UHGV virus genome: UHGV-0060642
Strand: one strand, 5' to 3'
Length of the DNA: 41,777 bases
From: a virus
Shown: piece by piece, positions 7,865-17,867 of the stretch
Layout of the letters: every line of letters starts with the position of its first letter
Position numbering within the stretch: the first letter of the stretch is position 1
The notes under the pieces: generated by a model
Database searches by the model: none
Seen by the model: the letters and a program-made list of their open reading frames with translations, nothing else
Told to the model about the DNA's origin: nothing
Translations under genes and position numbers: made by a program

Positions 7865-8515
7865 TTATGGAAGGTTTGCTAGTTTTGCATCGACAACTAC
7901 GCCGATGATTTTGCAGTTTCCGTTGATCTCGATCATCGGATATTGTGGGTTAAGTGGTTTTAGAAACTTCCTGCCTGCATCAATAACTAACTTCTTGAAA
8001 GTTGCCTCGTTTTCTCCTTCGAGCTTTGCAACTACCAGTTTCCCGTTACGCGGCTCTACTTCAGGATCGACGAGTATTATCATTCCTTCAGGGATACTGA
8101 GACCGGCTGGAGCCGTCATTGAGTCTCCCTTCACGTCCAACCAAAACGAATCTTCTGAACAGTCTACGGTTGTATCGTACCAGTTATCTATTGCACGCTT
8201 ATGATATGGTTCTACAGCTTCCATCCAGCATCCTGCGCTCACCCAGCTAATCAGAGGGAATGACCCTCTTGGATTATGCCTACTGTGATAGGCAATGTTT
8301 GAAAGACTTTCCTCTCCTTTCATCAGATAGTCAGGGGAACACTTCAACGCATTAGCCAGGGCGAGAAGATTCTCTCCATTTGGCTCTGTCTCAGAGCGTT
8401 CCCACTGAGATATGGCAACATTAGACACGCCGACCATCTTTCCAAGTGCGGCCTGCCTGATCTTGAGTTCTTTTCTCCGAGCGCGAATGCGCTCTCCCAT
8501 CAATTGAGTTTTCAT
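7865..8515 (-). CDS. c2: CI-type repressor, P22 C2-like (HTH plus LexA-like autocleavage domain)
   Basis: 216 aa; MKTQLMGERIRARRKELKIRQAALGKMVGVSNVAISQWERSETEPNGENLLAL... matches recalled P22 C2; S24 peptidase-like C-terminal domain (GDSM...K). Confidence 0.95.
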   Translation of the reverse strand: MKTQLMGERIRARRKELKIRQAALGKMVGVSNVAISQWERSETEPNGENLLALANALKCSPDYLMKGEESLSNIAYHSRHNPRGSFPLISWVSAGCWMEAVEPYHKRAIDNWYDTTVDCSEDSFWLDVKGDSMTAPAGLSIPEGMIILVDPEVEPRNGKLVVAKLEGENEATFKKLVIDAGRKFLKPLNPQYPMIEINGNCKIIGVVVDAKLANLP

Positions 8516-8595
8516 AGTTAAGACATCTTAAATAAACTTGACTTAAGATTCCTTTAGTGGATAATTTAAGTGTTCTTTAATTTCGGAGCGAGTCT
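8516..8595. promoter_or_regulatory. OR/PR/PRM region with P22-type operators
   Basis: Operators ATTTAAGTGTTCTTTAAT and ACTTAAGATTCCTTTAGT plus a third weaker copy between the divergent c2 and cro starts. Confidence 0.8.
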
Positions 8596-8781
8596 ATGTA
8601 CAAGAAAGATGTTATCGACCACTTCGGAACCCAGCGTGCTGTAGCTAAAGCGTTAGGCATTAGCGACGCAGCAGTCTCTCAGTGGAAGGAAGTCATCCCA
8701 GAGAAAGACGCCTATCGACTGGAAGTCGTTACAGCTGGCGCCCTGAAGTATCAAGAAAGCGCTTACCGCAAAGCGGCATAA
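8596..8781 (+). CDS. cro: Cro repressor (P22 type)
   Basis: 61 aa MYKKDVIDHFGTQRAVAKALGISDAAVSQWKEVIPEKDAYRLEVVTAGALKYQE matches recalled P22 Cro. Confidence 0.93.
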   Translation: MYKKDVIDHFGTQRAVAKALGISDAAVSQWKEVIPEKDAYRLEVVTAGALKYQESAYRKAA

Positions 8782-8787
8782 GCAAAT

Positions 8788-8831
8788 TGCTCTTTAACAG
8801 TCATGGTCCTCATTCCCGCCGAAATGCGGGA
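8788..8831 (+). promoter_or_regulatory. nutR: nutR (boxA plus boxB hairpin)
   Basis: TGCTCTTTAACA followed 14 nt later by hairpin TCCCGC-cgaaat-GCGGGA, between cro and c1. Confidence 0.7.
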
Positions 8832-8889
8832 ATACAACGCGCATAAGTTGATGCGCATAACTTCTTATTTGTTAAGGAAATACTTACAT

Positions 8890-9183
8890 ATGGTTCGTGC
8901 AAACAAACGCAACGAGGCTCTACGAATCGAGAGTGCGTTGCTTAACAAAATCGCAATGCTTGGAACTGAGAAGACAGCGGAAGCTGTGGGCGTTGATAAG
9001 TCGCAGATCAGCAGGTGGAAGAGGGACTGGATTCCAAAGTTCTCAATGCTGCTTGCTGTTCTTGAATGGGGTGTCGTTGACGACGACATGGCTCGATTGG
9101 CACGACAAGTTGCTTCGATTCTCACCAATAAAAAACGCCCGGCGGCAACCGAGCGTTCTGATCAAATACAAATGGAATTTTAA
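8890..9183 (+). CDS. c1: CII-type lysogeny activator (P22 C1-like)
   Basis: MVRANKRNEALRIESALLNKIAMLGTEKTAEAVGVDKSQISRWKRDWIPKF... matches recalled P22 C1; start set at the internal ATG of the longer track ORF. Confidence 0.9.
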   Translation: MVRANKRNEALRIESALLNKIAMLGTEKTAEAVGVDKSQISRWKRDWIPKFSMLLAVLEWGVVDDDMARLARQVASILTNKKRPAATERSDQIQMEF

Positions 9184-9205
9184 CAACATCCAACGAGGTA
9201 ATTAT

Positions 9206-9478
9206 ATGCGAAACAAAGGCTTTAATCCACCTGATACACACAAAGAAGCTAAGCGTTTGCGCTTCCTTCGTTCCATTGATGAAAGAACTCAAATCTCTTT
9301 TGTGAAAGTTGCCAGAACTGAGCTTCTGAAGGCTGAGGCGAGGGCGTTGCTCCCGTCTCTACCAAAAGAGGAGGGATATACGTTCATTCCAAACGCATTT
9401 CTGGAAAAGCTTCTCAAAGAAGACATATCCGTAAGTCAGTTTAACGATGTTCTTAAGGTCTTTCGTCAAGGCAGGTAG
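9206..9478 (+). CDS. Hypothetical protein
   Basis: 90 aa starting MRNKGFNPPDTH at the internal ATG of track ORF 8897-9478; GAGG upstream. Confidence 0.6.
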   Translation: MRNKGFNPPDTHKEAKRLRFLRSIDERTQISFVKVARTELLKAEARALLPSLPKEEGYTFIPNAFLEKLLKEDISVSQFNDVLKVFRQGR

Positions 9479-9480
9479 TT

Positions 9481-10428
9481 ATGAGCAATACAGCAAAAAT
9501 CTACGATTTCAGCGCCGCACACGAGCGCAGGAGCAACAGGATGGAGAACCAGAAAACTGGTTACATTCCGTTGTACCGGAGCATTCTGAAACAGTCATGG
9601 GCGAAAGATGTTTATCTTCGCACCCTGTGGGAAAACCTTCTCCTGAATGCCGCCAGAAAGCCATACAAAGCGAATTTCAAAGGTCATGAATGGCATCTGC
9701 AACCCGGTCAACTGGTTGTGACAGCAGCTGATTTAGGTCTTCAGTTATGCGACAGGCATGGCAAGCCAGCAAGCCGCGATCAGGTTGAGCGGATGCTTCG
9801 GGTTTTTGTGAAAGAGGGGATGATCTCCATTGATGGAGAGAAGCAAAAAGGTCGTGTGATAACCATCACAAATTACCATGAATACGCTCAAAAAATGGAC
9901 AATTCACCCGCACATGAAGCCGCACAAACAACCGCACATCATGCCGCACATGACGAAGCCAGCAATGGCGCGGCTTTCAGAGTACATGCCGCACATGAAA
10001 GCGCACATGAAGCCGCACAAACAACCGCACATCATGAACAAGAAGGTATTAACAAGAATATAAATAATACCCCCCTACCCCCCAATGGGGGAGGCGATGG
10101 GCAGGTTAAACCTGAACGTCGCAAGGCAGAACGAATCGACTACGAATCCTTCCTGAACGCCTACAACACCGAAGTCGGTGACAGACTGCCACACGCTGTT
10201 GCGGTCAACGAGAAACGCAAACGCCGCCTGAAGAAAATCATTCCGCAACTGAAAACGCCAAACGTGGACGGTTTCAGAGCGTATGTCAGGGCGTTTGTGC
10301 ATCAGGCCAAGCCGTTTTACTTCGGAGACAACGACACTGGCTGGACGGCAGATTTTGATTACCTGCTGAGGGAAGATTCGTTAACGGGAGTTCGGGAAGG
10401 GAAGTTTGCAGACAGGGGGATTGCATGA
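9481..10428 (+). CDS. Replication initiation protein (lambda O / P22 gp18 analogue) with internal origin
   Basis: 315 aa; position directly upstream of the helicase; central His/Ala-rich repeats ([10 protein letters not shown] twice) encoded by DNA iterons; assignment by position and architecture. Confidence 0.75.
   Translation: MSNTAKIYDFSAAHERRSNRMENQKTGYIPLYRSILKQSWAKDVYLRTLWENLLLNAARKPYKANFKGHEWHLQPGQLVVTAADLGLQLCDRHGKPASRDQVERMLRVFVKEGMISIDGEKQKGRVITITNYHEYAQKMDNSPAHEAAQTTAHHAAHDEASNGAAFRVHAAHESAHEAAQTTAHHEQEGINKNINNTPLPPNGGGDGQVKPERRKAERIDYESFLNAYNTEVGDRLPHAVAVNEKRKRRLKKIIPQLKTPNVDGFRAYVRAFVHQAKPFYFGDNDTGWTADFDYLLREDSLTGVREGKFADRGIA
9906..10070. repeat. Putative replication origin: iterons plus AT-rich tract inside the initiator gene
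   Basis: At least four copies of (g)ccgcacatga, a roughly 30-bp direct repeat catgaagccgcacaaacaaccgcacatcatg present twice, followed by AT-rich aagaaggtattaacaagaatataaataatac. Confidence 0.65.
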
Positions 10429-11801
10429 GACAGGATATCGAAGCGAGCGTTATCGGTGGCCTGCTGATTGGTGGATTAACACCAACCGCCAGTGACGTTC
10501 TGGCAACACTGGAGCCGGAAGCGTTTTCAATTCCGCTCTACCGGAAAGCCTTCGAGGTTATCCGCAAGCAGGCGAGAAACAGAAACCTAATCGATGCGCT
10601 GATGGTTGCCGAGGCGTGCGGAGAGGAGAATTTCACGTCAATCCTGATGACCAGCAAAAACTGTCCGAGTGCCGCAAACCTGAAGGGATATGCCGGAATG
10701 GTCGCGGATAACTATCACCGCCGTCTGGTGCTGGAAATCATGGATGAAATGCGTGAACCAATTCAGAGCGGAACCATCGATACATCGAGTCAGGCGATGG
10801 ACGAGCTTGTAAAGCGTCTTTCAGCTATCAGAAAGCCCCGTGACGAGGTTAAACCTGTACGGTTAGGGGAAATCATCACTGACTACACTGACACGCTTGA
10901 CAGGCGTCTGAGGAACGGAGAAGAGTCCGATACCCTGAAGACCGGAATCGAAGAACTTGATGCCATCACCGGAGGGATGAACGCAGAAGACCTGGTGATA
11001 ATCGCTGCTCGTCCTGGTATGGGGAAAACCGAACTGGCGCTGAAGATTGCCGAAGGCGTTGCAAGCCGCGTTATTCCTGGTTCTGACGTCCGGCGCGGGG
11101 TATTGATTTTCTCAATGGAAATGAGCGCATTGCAGATTGCAGAGCGAAGCATTGCCAACGCCGGGAGGATGTCGGTTAGCGTACTGCGAAATCCTGCATC
11201 GATGGATGACGAAGGCTGGGCGCGTGTTGCTAACGGCATGAGTCAGCTTGCAGATTTGGATGTATGGGTAGTCGATGCCTCGCGGTTATCGGTCGAAGAA
11301 ATACGCTCAATCGCAGAACGGCATAAACAGGAAAATCCAAACCTGTCTCTAATCATGGCGGATTATCTTGGCCTGATTGAGAAGCCGAAAGCAGACCGCA
11401 ACGACCTCGCAATTGCTTACATCTCCGGAAGCCTGAAGGCGATGGCGAAAGACCTGAAAACGCCCGTTATCTCCCTGAGTCAGCTTTCGCGCGATGTTGA
11501 GAAGCGACCAAACAAACGCCCGACAAACGCAGATTTGCGTGATTCAGGAAGCATTGAACAGGACGCAGACTCAATCATCATGCTCTATCGGGAAGCTGTA
11601 TATGACGAGAACAGTAGCGCCGCGCCATTTGCTGAAATCATTGTGACGAAAAACCGTTTTGGCTCACTTGGTACGGTTTACCAGCGGTTCTGCAACGGAC
11701 ACTTTGTTGCATGTGACCAGGATGAAGCCAGACAGATTTGCACAGCATCAAATGCACCTGCTGCGCGTGGCAGACGATATGCACAAGGGGCGGACGTATG
11801 A
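10425..11801 (+). CDS. Replicative DNA helicase, DnaB family
   Basis: 458 aa; Walker [15 protein letters not shown], DnaB-like C-terminal RecA-fold motifs; ATGA overlap with the initiator gene. Confidence 0.92.
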   Translation: MRQDIEASVIGGLLIGGLTPTASDVLATLEPEAFSIPLYRKAFEVIRKQARNRNLIDALMVAEACGEENFTSILMTSKNCPSAANLKGYAGMVADNYHRRLVLEIMDEMREPIQSGTIDTSSQAMDELVKRLSAIRKPRDEVKPVRLGEIITDYTDTLDRRLRNGEESDTLKTGIEELDAITGGMNAEDLVIIAARPGMGKTELALKIAEGVASRVIPGSDVRRGVLIFSMEMSALQIAERSIANAGRMSVSVLRNPASMDDEGWARVANGMSQLADLDVWVVDASRLSVEEIRSIAERHKQENPNLSLIMADYLGLIEKPKADRNDLAIAYISGSLKAMAKDLKTPVISLSQLSRDVEKRPNKRPTNADLRDSGSIEQDADSIIMLYREAVYDENSSAAPFAEIIVTKNRFGSLGTVYQRFCNGHFVACDQDEARQICTASNAPAARGRRYAQGADV

Positions 11802-11873
11802 CCATCTACATCACTGAGCTAATAACAGGCTTGCTGGTAATCGCAGGCCTTTTTATTTGGGGGAGAGTAAATC

Positions 11874-12080
11874 GTGGCTGAGTTTATGCTCGTCGCATTC
11901 AAATGCGTTGGCGTTGGATGGATTCTTCTGACGTTTTTTATTGTTCTGCATAGCTACATTCGTCTTGTGAATGACGGTAAAGACCCATGGTATACGTTGT
12001 TTGGCGCTGCATTTGTCTGGGTGATTATCGGTGTTATGCCTGTCGCTGTAGCAAAAATGGCGTGGCGTTTTGTGAGTTGA
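11874..12080 (+). CDS. Hypothetical small membrane protein
   Basis: 68 aa with two hydrophobic helices; GTG at 11874 or ATG a few codons downstream. Confidence 0.5.
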   Translation: MAEFMLVAFKCVGVGWILLTFFIVLHSYIRLVNDGKDPWYTLFGAAFVWVIIGVMPVAVAKMAWRFVS

Positions 12081-12097
12081 ACTGAGGGTAAGTATCG

Positions 12098-12454
12098 ATG
12101 GACGAATCAAGAAAGCAGTTTGAGGAATACGTTGCCAAAAAATTGAGATTACCATTCGAGATGATAACCGAGGCAAGAAATGGTGATAGGTACTTCGCAT
12201 TTTCAAGCATGGATATTCGTCACTCCTTAAATGAGTGGTGGACTTTATGGCAGGCATCGCGAGCAGCTATTGCACTGGATATCGACTGGCCCGAATCGAA
12301 TGACGACTTTTGGAAAGATGGTGAAGAAGGTGCTTATGCGATGGGTTATGAGGATGGGCGTGACAAAACGGTAATTGCAGTAATGAAAGCTATCAGAGCC
12401 GCTGGAATTAAAGAGAAGAATTTCGATGAAGCAAACAATCTTCCTCCGAAGTAA
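12098..12454 (+). CDS. Hypothetical protein
   Basis: 118-aa ORF, ATG preceded by GAGGGT. Confidence 0.65.
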   Translation: MDESRKQFEEYVAKKLRLPFEMITEARNGDRYFAFSSMDIRHSLNEWWTLWQASRAAIALDIDWPESNDDFWKDGEEGAYAMGYEDGRDKTVIAVMKAIRAAGIKEKNFDEANNLPPK

Positions 12455-12836
12455 GCAACAACAGCAAGCCGCAATCAACGCCATCCTCGCAACACCACTC
12501 GATAAAGACAAGCCAGTCACCATCCGCATTACTGACTACAAGCGAAATCTTGACCAGAACGCAAAATTTCACGCGATGCTGGCGGATATCGCACGTCAGG
12601 TTCAATGGTGCGATAAATGGTTAAAACCAGAACAATGGAAGGTTTTGTTGATAAGCGGTCATGCAGTGGCAACAAAACAGGAAGCTGATGTTTTGCCCGG
12701 GCTTGAAGGCGAATACGTCAACATTCGCGAAAGTAGCGCGCAGATGAGTGTGAAGCGTATGGCAAGTCTGATTGAGTACACGACAGCATGGGCTATTGGT
12801 CAGGGTGTCAGATTTACCGACAGGAGGTACGAATGA
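12426..12836 (+). CDS. ninB: NinB-like recombination protein
   Basis: 136 aa; pattern ...[22 protein letters not shown]...W... resembles lambda NinB; position at the start of the nin region. Confidence 0.75.
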   Translation: MKQTIFLRSKQQQQAAINAILATPLDKDKPVTIRITDYKRNLDQNAKFHAMLADIARQVQWCDKWLKPEQWKVLLISGHAVATKQEADVLPGLEGEYVNIRESSAQMSVKRMASLIEYTTAWAIGQGVRFTDRRYE

Positions 12837-13009
12837 GACGACAGCGACGAAGTATCACCGACATCATCTGCGAAAACTGCAAATACCTTCCAACGAAACG
12901 CTCCAGAAATAAACGCAAGCCAATCCCAAAAGAATCTGACGTAAAAACCTTCAACTACACGGCTCACCTGTGGGATATCCGGTGGCTAAGACATCGTGCG
13001 AGGAAATGA
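12833..13009 (+). CDS. ninD: NinD-like zinc-finger protein
   Basis: [52 protein letters not shown] matches recalled lambda NinD; ATGA overlap with ninB. Confidence 0.8.
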   Translation: MRRQRRSITDIICENCKYLPTKRSRNKRKPIPKESDVKTFNYTAHLWDIRWLRHRARK

Positions 13010-13956
13010 CGATGACTGCGTATTACAACGAAATAGATCCGTATGCAGCGCAATGGCTGCGTAACTTAATTGACGCTGGAGAAATTGCCCCCGGTTATGT
13101 AGATGAAAGGAGTATTGAAGATGTCACACCAGGTGATTTGCGAGGATTTACCCAGCACCACTTTTTTGCAGGAATCGGAGTTTGGAGCTATGCACTTAGA
13201 AAAGCAGGATGGCCAGACAACAAGAGTATCTGGACAGGAAGTTGCCCATGCCAACCTTTCAGCTCGGCAGGCAAAGGAAAAGGGGTTGATGACGAGCGGC
13301 ACTTATGGCCGGCATTCTTCTGGCTTATTGAAAAATGCAATCCTGGCATCGTTATTGGCGAACAGGTTGCAAGCGCAGACGGTCTCGCTTGGCTCGACCT
13401 TGTACAAACTGACTTGGAAGGTGCGAACTACACCTCTGCAGGTACCGATATTTGCGCTGCGGGCTTCGGTTCTCCGCACATCAGGCAGCGATTGTATTGG
13501 GTGGCCTACTCCAACGACAAATATCAACTTTCAGCCAGAGACGCGCAGGGGAATTCAGAACCTATCTGGATGCGTGAGACTAGCGGGATGGCAAACTCCT
13601 TTAGCGAACGATGCAACAGGTTCAACGCATTGCTACAGCGGAAAAGACAAGAGCGGAACCCCAAGAATCTGCTTGAAACTTCCCGGGACGGTGAAGCTAT
13701 GTACCCATTACCGGTTAACGGCTTCTGGAGAGATGCAGACTGGCTTTACTGTAGAGATGAAAAATATCGTCCAGTTAGACCCGGCTCATTCCCGATGGTT
13801 AATGGCATTGCCAAAAGCTTGGGACGAGGCAAGTCCACACTGGGAAGAATGGCAAAGCGCAATCAAGATCAGCGAATTATTGGATATGGAAACGCAATCA
13901 ATGCAGAAGTAGCAACGGCATTCGTGAAAGTTTGTATGGAGGTTGTTAATGCTTAG
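13006..13956 (+). CDS. DNA cytosine-5 methyltransferase (apparent orphan)
   Basis: Motif I-like FFAGIG, motif IV PCQPFS, motif VI-like GEQV, motif [13 protein letters not shown], motif [15 protein letters not shown], all in this frame; no adjacent restriction endonuclease gene evident. Confidence 0.85.
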   Translation: MTMTAYYNEIDPYAAQWLRNLIDAGEIAPGYVDERSIEDVTPGDLRGFTQHHFFAGIGVWSYALRKAGWPDNKSIWTGSCPCQPFSSAGKGKGVDDERHLWPAFFWLIEKCNPGIVIGEQVASADGLAWLDLVQTDLEGANYTSAGTDICAAGFGSPHIRQRLYWVAYSNDKYQLSARDAQGNSEPIWMRETSGMANSFSERCNRFNALLQRKRQERNPKNLLETSRDGEAMYPLPVNGFWRDADWLYCRDEKYRPVRPGSFPMVNGIAKSLGRGKSTLGRMAKRNQDQRIIGYGNAINAEVATAFVKVCMEVVNA

Positions 13957-14125
13957 CCCATCCCAATCCATTCAATACCAGAAAGAAAGCGTCGAGCGAG
14001 CTTTAACGTGCGCTAACTGCGGTCAGAAGCTGCATGTACTGGAAGTTCACGTGTGTGAGCACTGCTGCGCAGAACTGATGAGCGATCCGAATAGCTCAAT
14101 GTACGAGGAAGAAGACGATGAGTGA
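13943..14125 (+). CDS. ninF: NinF-like protein
   Basis: [57 protein letters not shown] matches recalled lambda NinF. Confidence 0.75.
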   Translation: MLMLSPSQSIQYQKESVERALTCANCGQKLHVLEVHVCEHCCAELMSDPNSSMYEEEDDE

Positions 14126-14330
14126 TTACCTGAAATGGTATCTCTGCCACCGCTGGTTAATTAAGTTTGCTGTAAAAGACTGGATGACAGCGGATGCCAA
14201 CAAGCTTAAGCAAAGAAAAGACTATTACTACGCCAGAATGAAGGAAAACTACTGCTCAATTCGCACTCGCATATTTATTAAAAAAGACCTTCAGTCAATT
14301 CTTCAATTGCGAGGGAAGGTAAATGGCTAA
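14118..14330 (+). CDS. Hypothetical protein
   Basis: 70-aa ORF in the nin region. Confidence 0.5.
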   Translation: MSDYLKWYLCHRWLIKFAVKDWMTADANKLKQRKDYYYARMKENYCSIRTRIFIKKDLQSILQLRGKVNG

Positions 14331-14613
14331 CCTACGCAAAGAAGCGCGCGGCAGAGAATGCCAGGTACGTATTTACGGCGTATGCAATGGCAATCCTGAA
14401 ACTACAGTTCTGGCACATTACCGGATGGCTGGAATTTGCGGAACGGGAATGAAGCCTGACGACCTGATCGGCGCATGGGCTTGTAGCGCGTGTCACGATG
14501 AAATCGACCGACGCACCCATAATCTCGACAACAAAGACGCCAGACTTTACCACCTCGAAGGCGTGATCAGGACGCAGGCGATACTGCTGAAGGAGGGGAA
14601 GATTAAGTCATGA
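14323..14613 (+). CDS. YbcO-like (DUF1364) putative nuclease
   Basis: 96 aa; RGRECQVRIYGVCNGNPETTVLAHYR...CSACHDEIDRRTH resembles recalled DLP12 YbcO. Confidence 0.75.
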   Translation: MANLRKEARGRECQVRIYGVCNGNPETTVLAHYRMAGICGTGMKPDDLIGAWACSACHDEIDRRTHNLDNKDARLYHLEGVIRTQAILLKEGKIKS

Positions 14614-14972
14614 ACGAATATCAGTTTGTGCTCCCATACCCGCCGTCGGTGAATACCTACTGGCGAAGACGGGGAAGCCAATATTACATAAGCGACAAAG
14701 GCCAGAAATACCGAAAAGACGTTCAGCAAATCATCCGCCAACTCAAGTTAGACATTTTCACCAAATCACGACTCCGTATCAAAGTCATCGCAGACGTTCC
14801 GGACTCCCGCCGTCGCGACCTCGACAACATCCTGAAAGGTTTACTCGACTCCCTTATCCACGCCGGATTTGCGGAAGACGACGAGCAATTCGATGACATT
14901 CGCGTAATTCGTGGCGTGAAAGTACCAGGCGGAAGGCTTGGAATAAAAATCACCGAACTGGAGAACGCATGA
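14610..14972 (+). CDS. rusA: Holliday junction resolvase RusA
   Basis: 120 aa; PPSVNTYWRRR...DVPDSRRRDLDNILKGLLDSL...GGRLGIKITEL matches the RusA family. Confidence 0.9.
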   Translation: MNEYQFVLPYPPSVNTYWRRRGSQYYISDKGQKYRKDVQQIIRQLKLDIFTKSRLRIKVIADVPDSRRRDLDNILKGLLDSLIHAGFAEDDEQFDDIRVIRGVKVPGGRLGIKITELENA

Positions 14973-15157
14973 ACGCCACAATTCAAACGATACCAGAGCT
15001 TCTTATCCAGACACGAGGCAATCAGACCGAAGTGGCAAGGATGCTTTCCTGCGCAAGAGGAACAGTGCTCAAGTACAACCGAGACAGCAAAGGCGAGCGT
15101 CACGTAATAGTTAACGGCGTCCTGATGGTCAAACAGGGCAAAAGGGGAAGGCCATGA
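14969..15157 (+). CDS. ninH: NinH-like protein
   Basis: 62 aa; TIPELLIQTRGNQTEVARMLSCARGTVLKY resembles lambda NinH. Confidence 0.8.
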   Translation: MNATIQTIPELLIQTRGNQTEVARMLSCARGTVLKYNRDSKGERHVIVNGVLMVKQGKRGRP

Positions 15158-15777
15158 GACTCGAAAGCGTAGCTAAATTTCATTCGCCAAAAAGCCCAAT
15201 GATGAGTGACTCACCACGGGCTACGGCTTCTGACTCTCTTTCCGGTACTGATGTGATGGCTGCTATGGGGATGGCGCAATCACAAGCCGGATTCGGTATG
15301 GCTGCATTCTGCGGCAAGCACGAACTCAGCCAGAATGACAAACAAAAGGCTATCAACTATCTGATGCAATTTGCACACAAGGTATCGGGGAAATATCGTG
15401 GTGTGGCAAAGCTCGAAGGAAATACTAAGGCAAAGGTACTGCAAGTGCTCGCAACATTCGCTTATGCGGATTATTGCCGTAGTGCCGCGACGCCGGGCGC
15501 AAGATGCAGAGATTGCCACGGTACAGGCCGTGCGGTTGATATTGCCAAAACAGAGCAGTGGGGGAGAGTTGTTGAGAAAGAGTGTGGAAGATGCAAAGGC
15601 GTCGGCTATTCAAGGATGCCAGCAAGCGCCGCATATCGCGCTGTAACGATGCTAATCCCCAACCTTACCCAACCCACATGGTCACGCACTGTTAAGCCGC
15701 TGTATGACGCTCTGGTGGTGCAATGCCACAAAGAAGAGTCAATCGCAGACAACATTTTGAATGCGGTCACACGTTAG
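15154..15777 (+). CDS. Q: Late gene antiterminator Q (lambda type)
   Basis: 207 aa, essentially identical to recalled lambda Q (MRLESVAKFHSPKSPMMSDSPRATASDSLSGTDVMAAMGMAQSQAGFGMAAF...). Confidence 0.97.
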   Translation: MRLESVAKFHSPKSPMMSDSPRATASDSLSGTDVMAAMGMAQSQAGFGMAAFCGKHELSQNDKQKAINYLMQFAHKVSGKYRGVAKLEGNTKAKVLQVLATFAYADYCRSAATPGARCRDCHGTGRAVDIAKTEQWGRVVEKECGRCKGVGYSRMPASAAYRAVTMLIPNLTQPTWSRTVKPLYDALVVQCHKEESIADNILNAVTR

Positions 15778-15819
15778 CAGCATGATTGCCACGGATGGCA
15801 ACATATTAACGGCATGATA

Positions 15820-15860
15820 TTGACTTTTTGAATAAAGTTGGGTAAATTTGACCCAACAAT
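15820..15860 (+). promoter_or_regulatory. Late promoter pR' with qut site
   Basis: TTGACT, 17-bp spacer, TAAATT, then the start ATGGGTTAATTCGCTCG as in lambda pR' (approximate coordinates). Confidence 0.8.
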
Positions 15861-16048
15861 GGGTTAATTCGCTCGTTGTGGTAGTGAGATGAAAAGAGGC
15901 GGCGCTTACTACCGATTCCGCCTAGTTGGTCACTTCGACGTATCGTCTGGAACTCCAACCATCGCAGGCTGAGAGGTCTGCAAAATGCAATCCCGAAACA
16001 GTTCGCAGGTAATAGTTAGAGCCTGCATAACGGTTTCGGGATTTTTTA
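15859..16048 (+). ncRNA. 6S late leader RNA (pR' to tR')
   Basis: Region between the pR' start and the tR' terminator matches the lambda arrangement. Confidence 0.65.
15989..16048 (+). terminator. tR' rho-independent terminator
   Basis: AATCCCGAAAC ... GTTTCGGGATT followed by TTTTTT, as in lambda tR'. Confidence 0.85.
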
Positions 16049-16445
16049 TATCTGTGCAACAGGTAAGAGCATTCTCCCTTATGGGGCTTGGCTTAAATGC
16101 ACCGAGTGCTCTTTCCGTTGTGCTGAATTAAGCGAATACCGGAAGCAGAACCGGATCAACAAATGCGTACAGGCGTCATCGCCGCCCAGCAACAGCACAA
16201 CCCAAACTGAGCCGTAGCCACTGGCTATCCTGAATTCATCAGTGATAGTTACGCTGCGGCCTTCTACACATGACCTTCGTGAAAGCGGGTGGCAAGAGGC
16301 TGCGCTAACAACCTCCTGCCGTTTTGCCCGTGCATATCGGTCACGAACAAATCTGATTACTAAACACAGTAGCCTGGATTTGTTCTATCAGTAATCGACC
16401 TTATTCCTAATTAAATAGAGCAAATCCCCTTATTGGGGGTAAGAC

Positions 16446-16769
16446 ATGAAGATGCCAGAAAAACATGACCTGTTAGCCGCCATTCTCGCGGCAAAGGAAC
16501 AAGGCATCGGGGCAATCCTTGCGTTTGCAATGGCGTACCTTCGCGGCAGATATAATGGCGGTGCGTTTACAAAAACAGTAATCGACGCAACGATGTGCGC
16601 CATTATCGCCTGGTTCATTCGTGACCTTCTCGACTTCGCCGGACTAAGTAGCAATCTCGCTTATATAACGAGCGTGTTCATCGGCTACATCGGTACTGAC
16701 TCGATTGGTTCGCTTATCAAACGCTTCGCTGCTAAAAAAGCCGGAGTAGAAGATGGTGGAAATCAATAA
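16446..16769 (+). CDS. S: Holin/antiholin S (lambda S107/S105 dual start)
   Basis: 107 aa beginning [41 protein letters not shown], matching recalled lambda S. Confidence 0.97.
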   Translation: MKMPEKHDLLAAILAAKEQGIGAILAFAMAYLRGRYNGGAFTKTVIDATMCAIIAWFIRDLLDFAGLSSNLAYITSVFIGYIGTDSIGSLIKRFAAKKAGVEDGGNQ

Positions 16770-17229
16770 TCAACGTAAGGCGTTCCTCGATATGCTGGCG
16801 TGGTCAGAGGGGACTGATAACGGACGACAGAAAACCAGAAATCATGGTTATGACGTCATTGTTGGCGGAGAGCTATTCACTGATTACTCCGATCACCCTC
16901 GCAAACTTGTCACGCTAAACCCAAAACTCAAATCAACAGCCGCAGGACGTTACCAGCTTCTTTCCCGTTGGTGGGATGCCTATCGTAAGCAGCTTGGCTT
17001 GAAAGATTTCTCTCCGAAAAGCCAGGACGCAGTTGCACTGCAGCAGATTAAGGAGCGTGGCGCTTTACCGATGATTGACCACGGTGATATTCGTCAGGCA
17101 ATCGACCGTTGCAGTAATATCTGGGCTTCACTTCCGGGGGCTGGTTATGGTCAGTTCGAGCATAAGGCTGACCGCCTGATTGCAAAATTCAAAGAAGCAG
17201 GCGGAACGGTCAGAGAGATTGAGGCATGA
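16753..17229 (+). CDS. R: Endolysin R (lytic transglycosylase)
   Basis: 158 aa matching recalled lambda R ([42 protein letters not shown]...). Confidence 0.97.
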   Translation: MVEINNQRKAFLDMLAWSEGTDNGRQKTRNHGYDVIVGGELFTDYSDHPRKLVTLNPKLKSTAAGRYQLLSRWWDAYRKQLGLKDFSPKSQDAVALQQIKERGALPMIDHGDIRQAIDRCSNIWASLPGAGYGQFEHKADRLIAKFKEAGGTVREIEA

Positions 17230-17693
17230 GCAGAGTCACCGCGATTATCTCCGCTCTGGTTATCTGCGTCATCGTCTGCCTGTCATGGGCTGTTAATCAT
17301 TACCGTGATAACGCCATCGCCTACAAAGAACAGCGCGATAAAAAAGTCAGTGAGCTGAAGCAGGCGACCGCCACCATTACTGACATGCAGCAGCGCCAGC
17401 GTGATGCTGATGCACTTGATGCTAAATACACGAAGGAGTTAGCTGATGCGAAAGCTGAAAATGATGCTCTTCGGCGGAAGCTTGATAATGGTGGCAGGGT
17501 GCTCGTCAAAGGAAAATGCCCTGTGCCATCCTCAGACGAAACCTCCAGCGCCTCCGGCATGGGCAATGATGCCACCGTCGAACTCTCTCCAGTTGCTGGA
17601 CGAAACGTTCTCGGTATCCGGGACGGAATTATCCGCGACCAAACAGCACTGAGAACGCTTCAGGAATACATCAGGACGCAATGCCTTCGATGA
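17226..17693 (+). CDS. Rz: i-spanin Rz
   Basis: N-terminal 85 aa ([14 protein letters not shown]...[14 protein letters not shown]) match lambda Rz; C-terminal third diverges. Confidence 0.9.
   Translation: MSRVTAIISALVICVIVCLSWAVNHYRDNAIAYKEQRDKKVSELKQATATITDMQQRQRDADALDAKYTKELADAKAENDALRRKLDNGGRVLVKGKCPVPSSDETSSASGMGNDATVELSPVAGRNVLGIRDGIIRDQTALRTLQEYIRTQCLR
17446..17652 (+). CDS. Rz1: o-spanin Rz1 (lipoprotein) embedded in Rz in the +1 frame
   Basis: [19 protein letters not shown] lipobox-type signal followed by a Pro-rich segment KPPAPPAW; fully nested in Rz as in lambda. Confidence 0.8.
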   Translation: MRKLKMMLFGGSLIMVAGCSSKENALCHPQTKPPAPPAWAMMPPSNSLQLLDETFSVSGTELSATKQH

Positions 17694-17867
17694 TAGCGAT
17701 AATTTTACTCATCATCCTTCACATCTGGCTCTGTAGACAGGGTGGTGATCGCTTCTGGAGTGAATCCAGATTAAACATCTCATTGCTGATGCTTGATATT
17801 GAGCATCTGGCGCGCAGTAAGGGGTTGCGTTGAGATAAGAGCCAGATCATTACAAATACCAGGATTT

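Noticed and set aside
8865-9478. Long ORF 8897-9478 (+) and 8865-9128 (-) overlapping c1
   Set aside because: The c1 reading frame matches recalled P22 C1 exactly; the 193-aa ORF is a different frame whose downstream part is real only from the internal ATG at 9206.
9878-10063. ORF 9878-10063 (+), His/Met/Lys-rich, and possible CRISPR-like repeats
   Set aside because: Alternate-frame reading of the iteron array inside the initiator gene; repeats are imperfect, in-frame iterons with no spacers or cas genes, so not a CRISPR array.
10883-11239. ORF 10883-11239 (-) inside the helicase gene
   Set aside because: Antisense shadow ORF within a well-supported DnaB-family gene.
16430-16654. ORF 16430-16654 (-) opposite holin S
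   Set aside because: Antisense to lambda S, a gene of certain identity; no expression signals.
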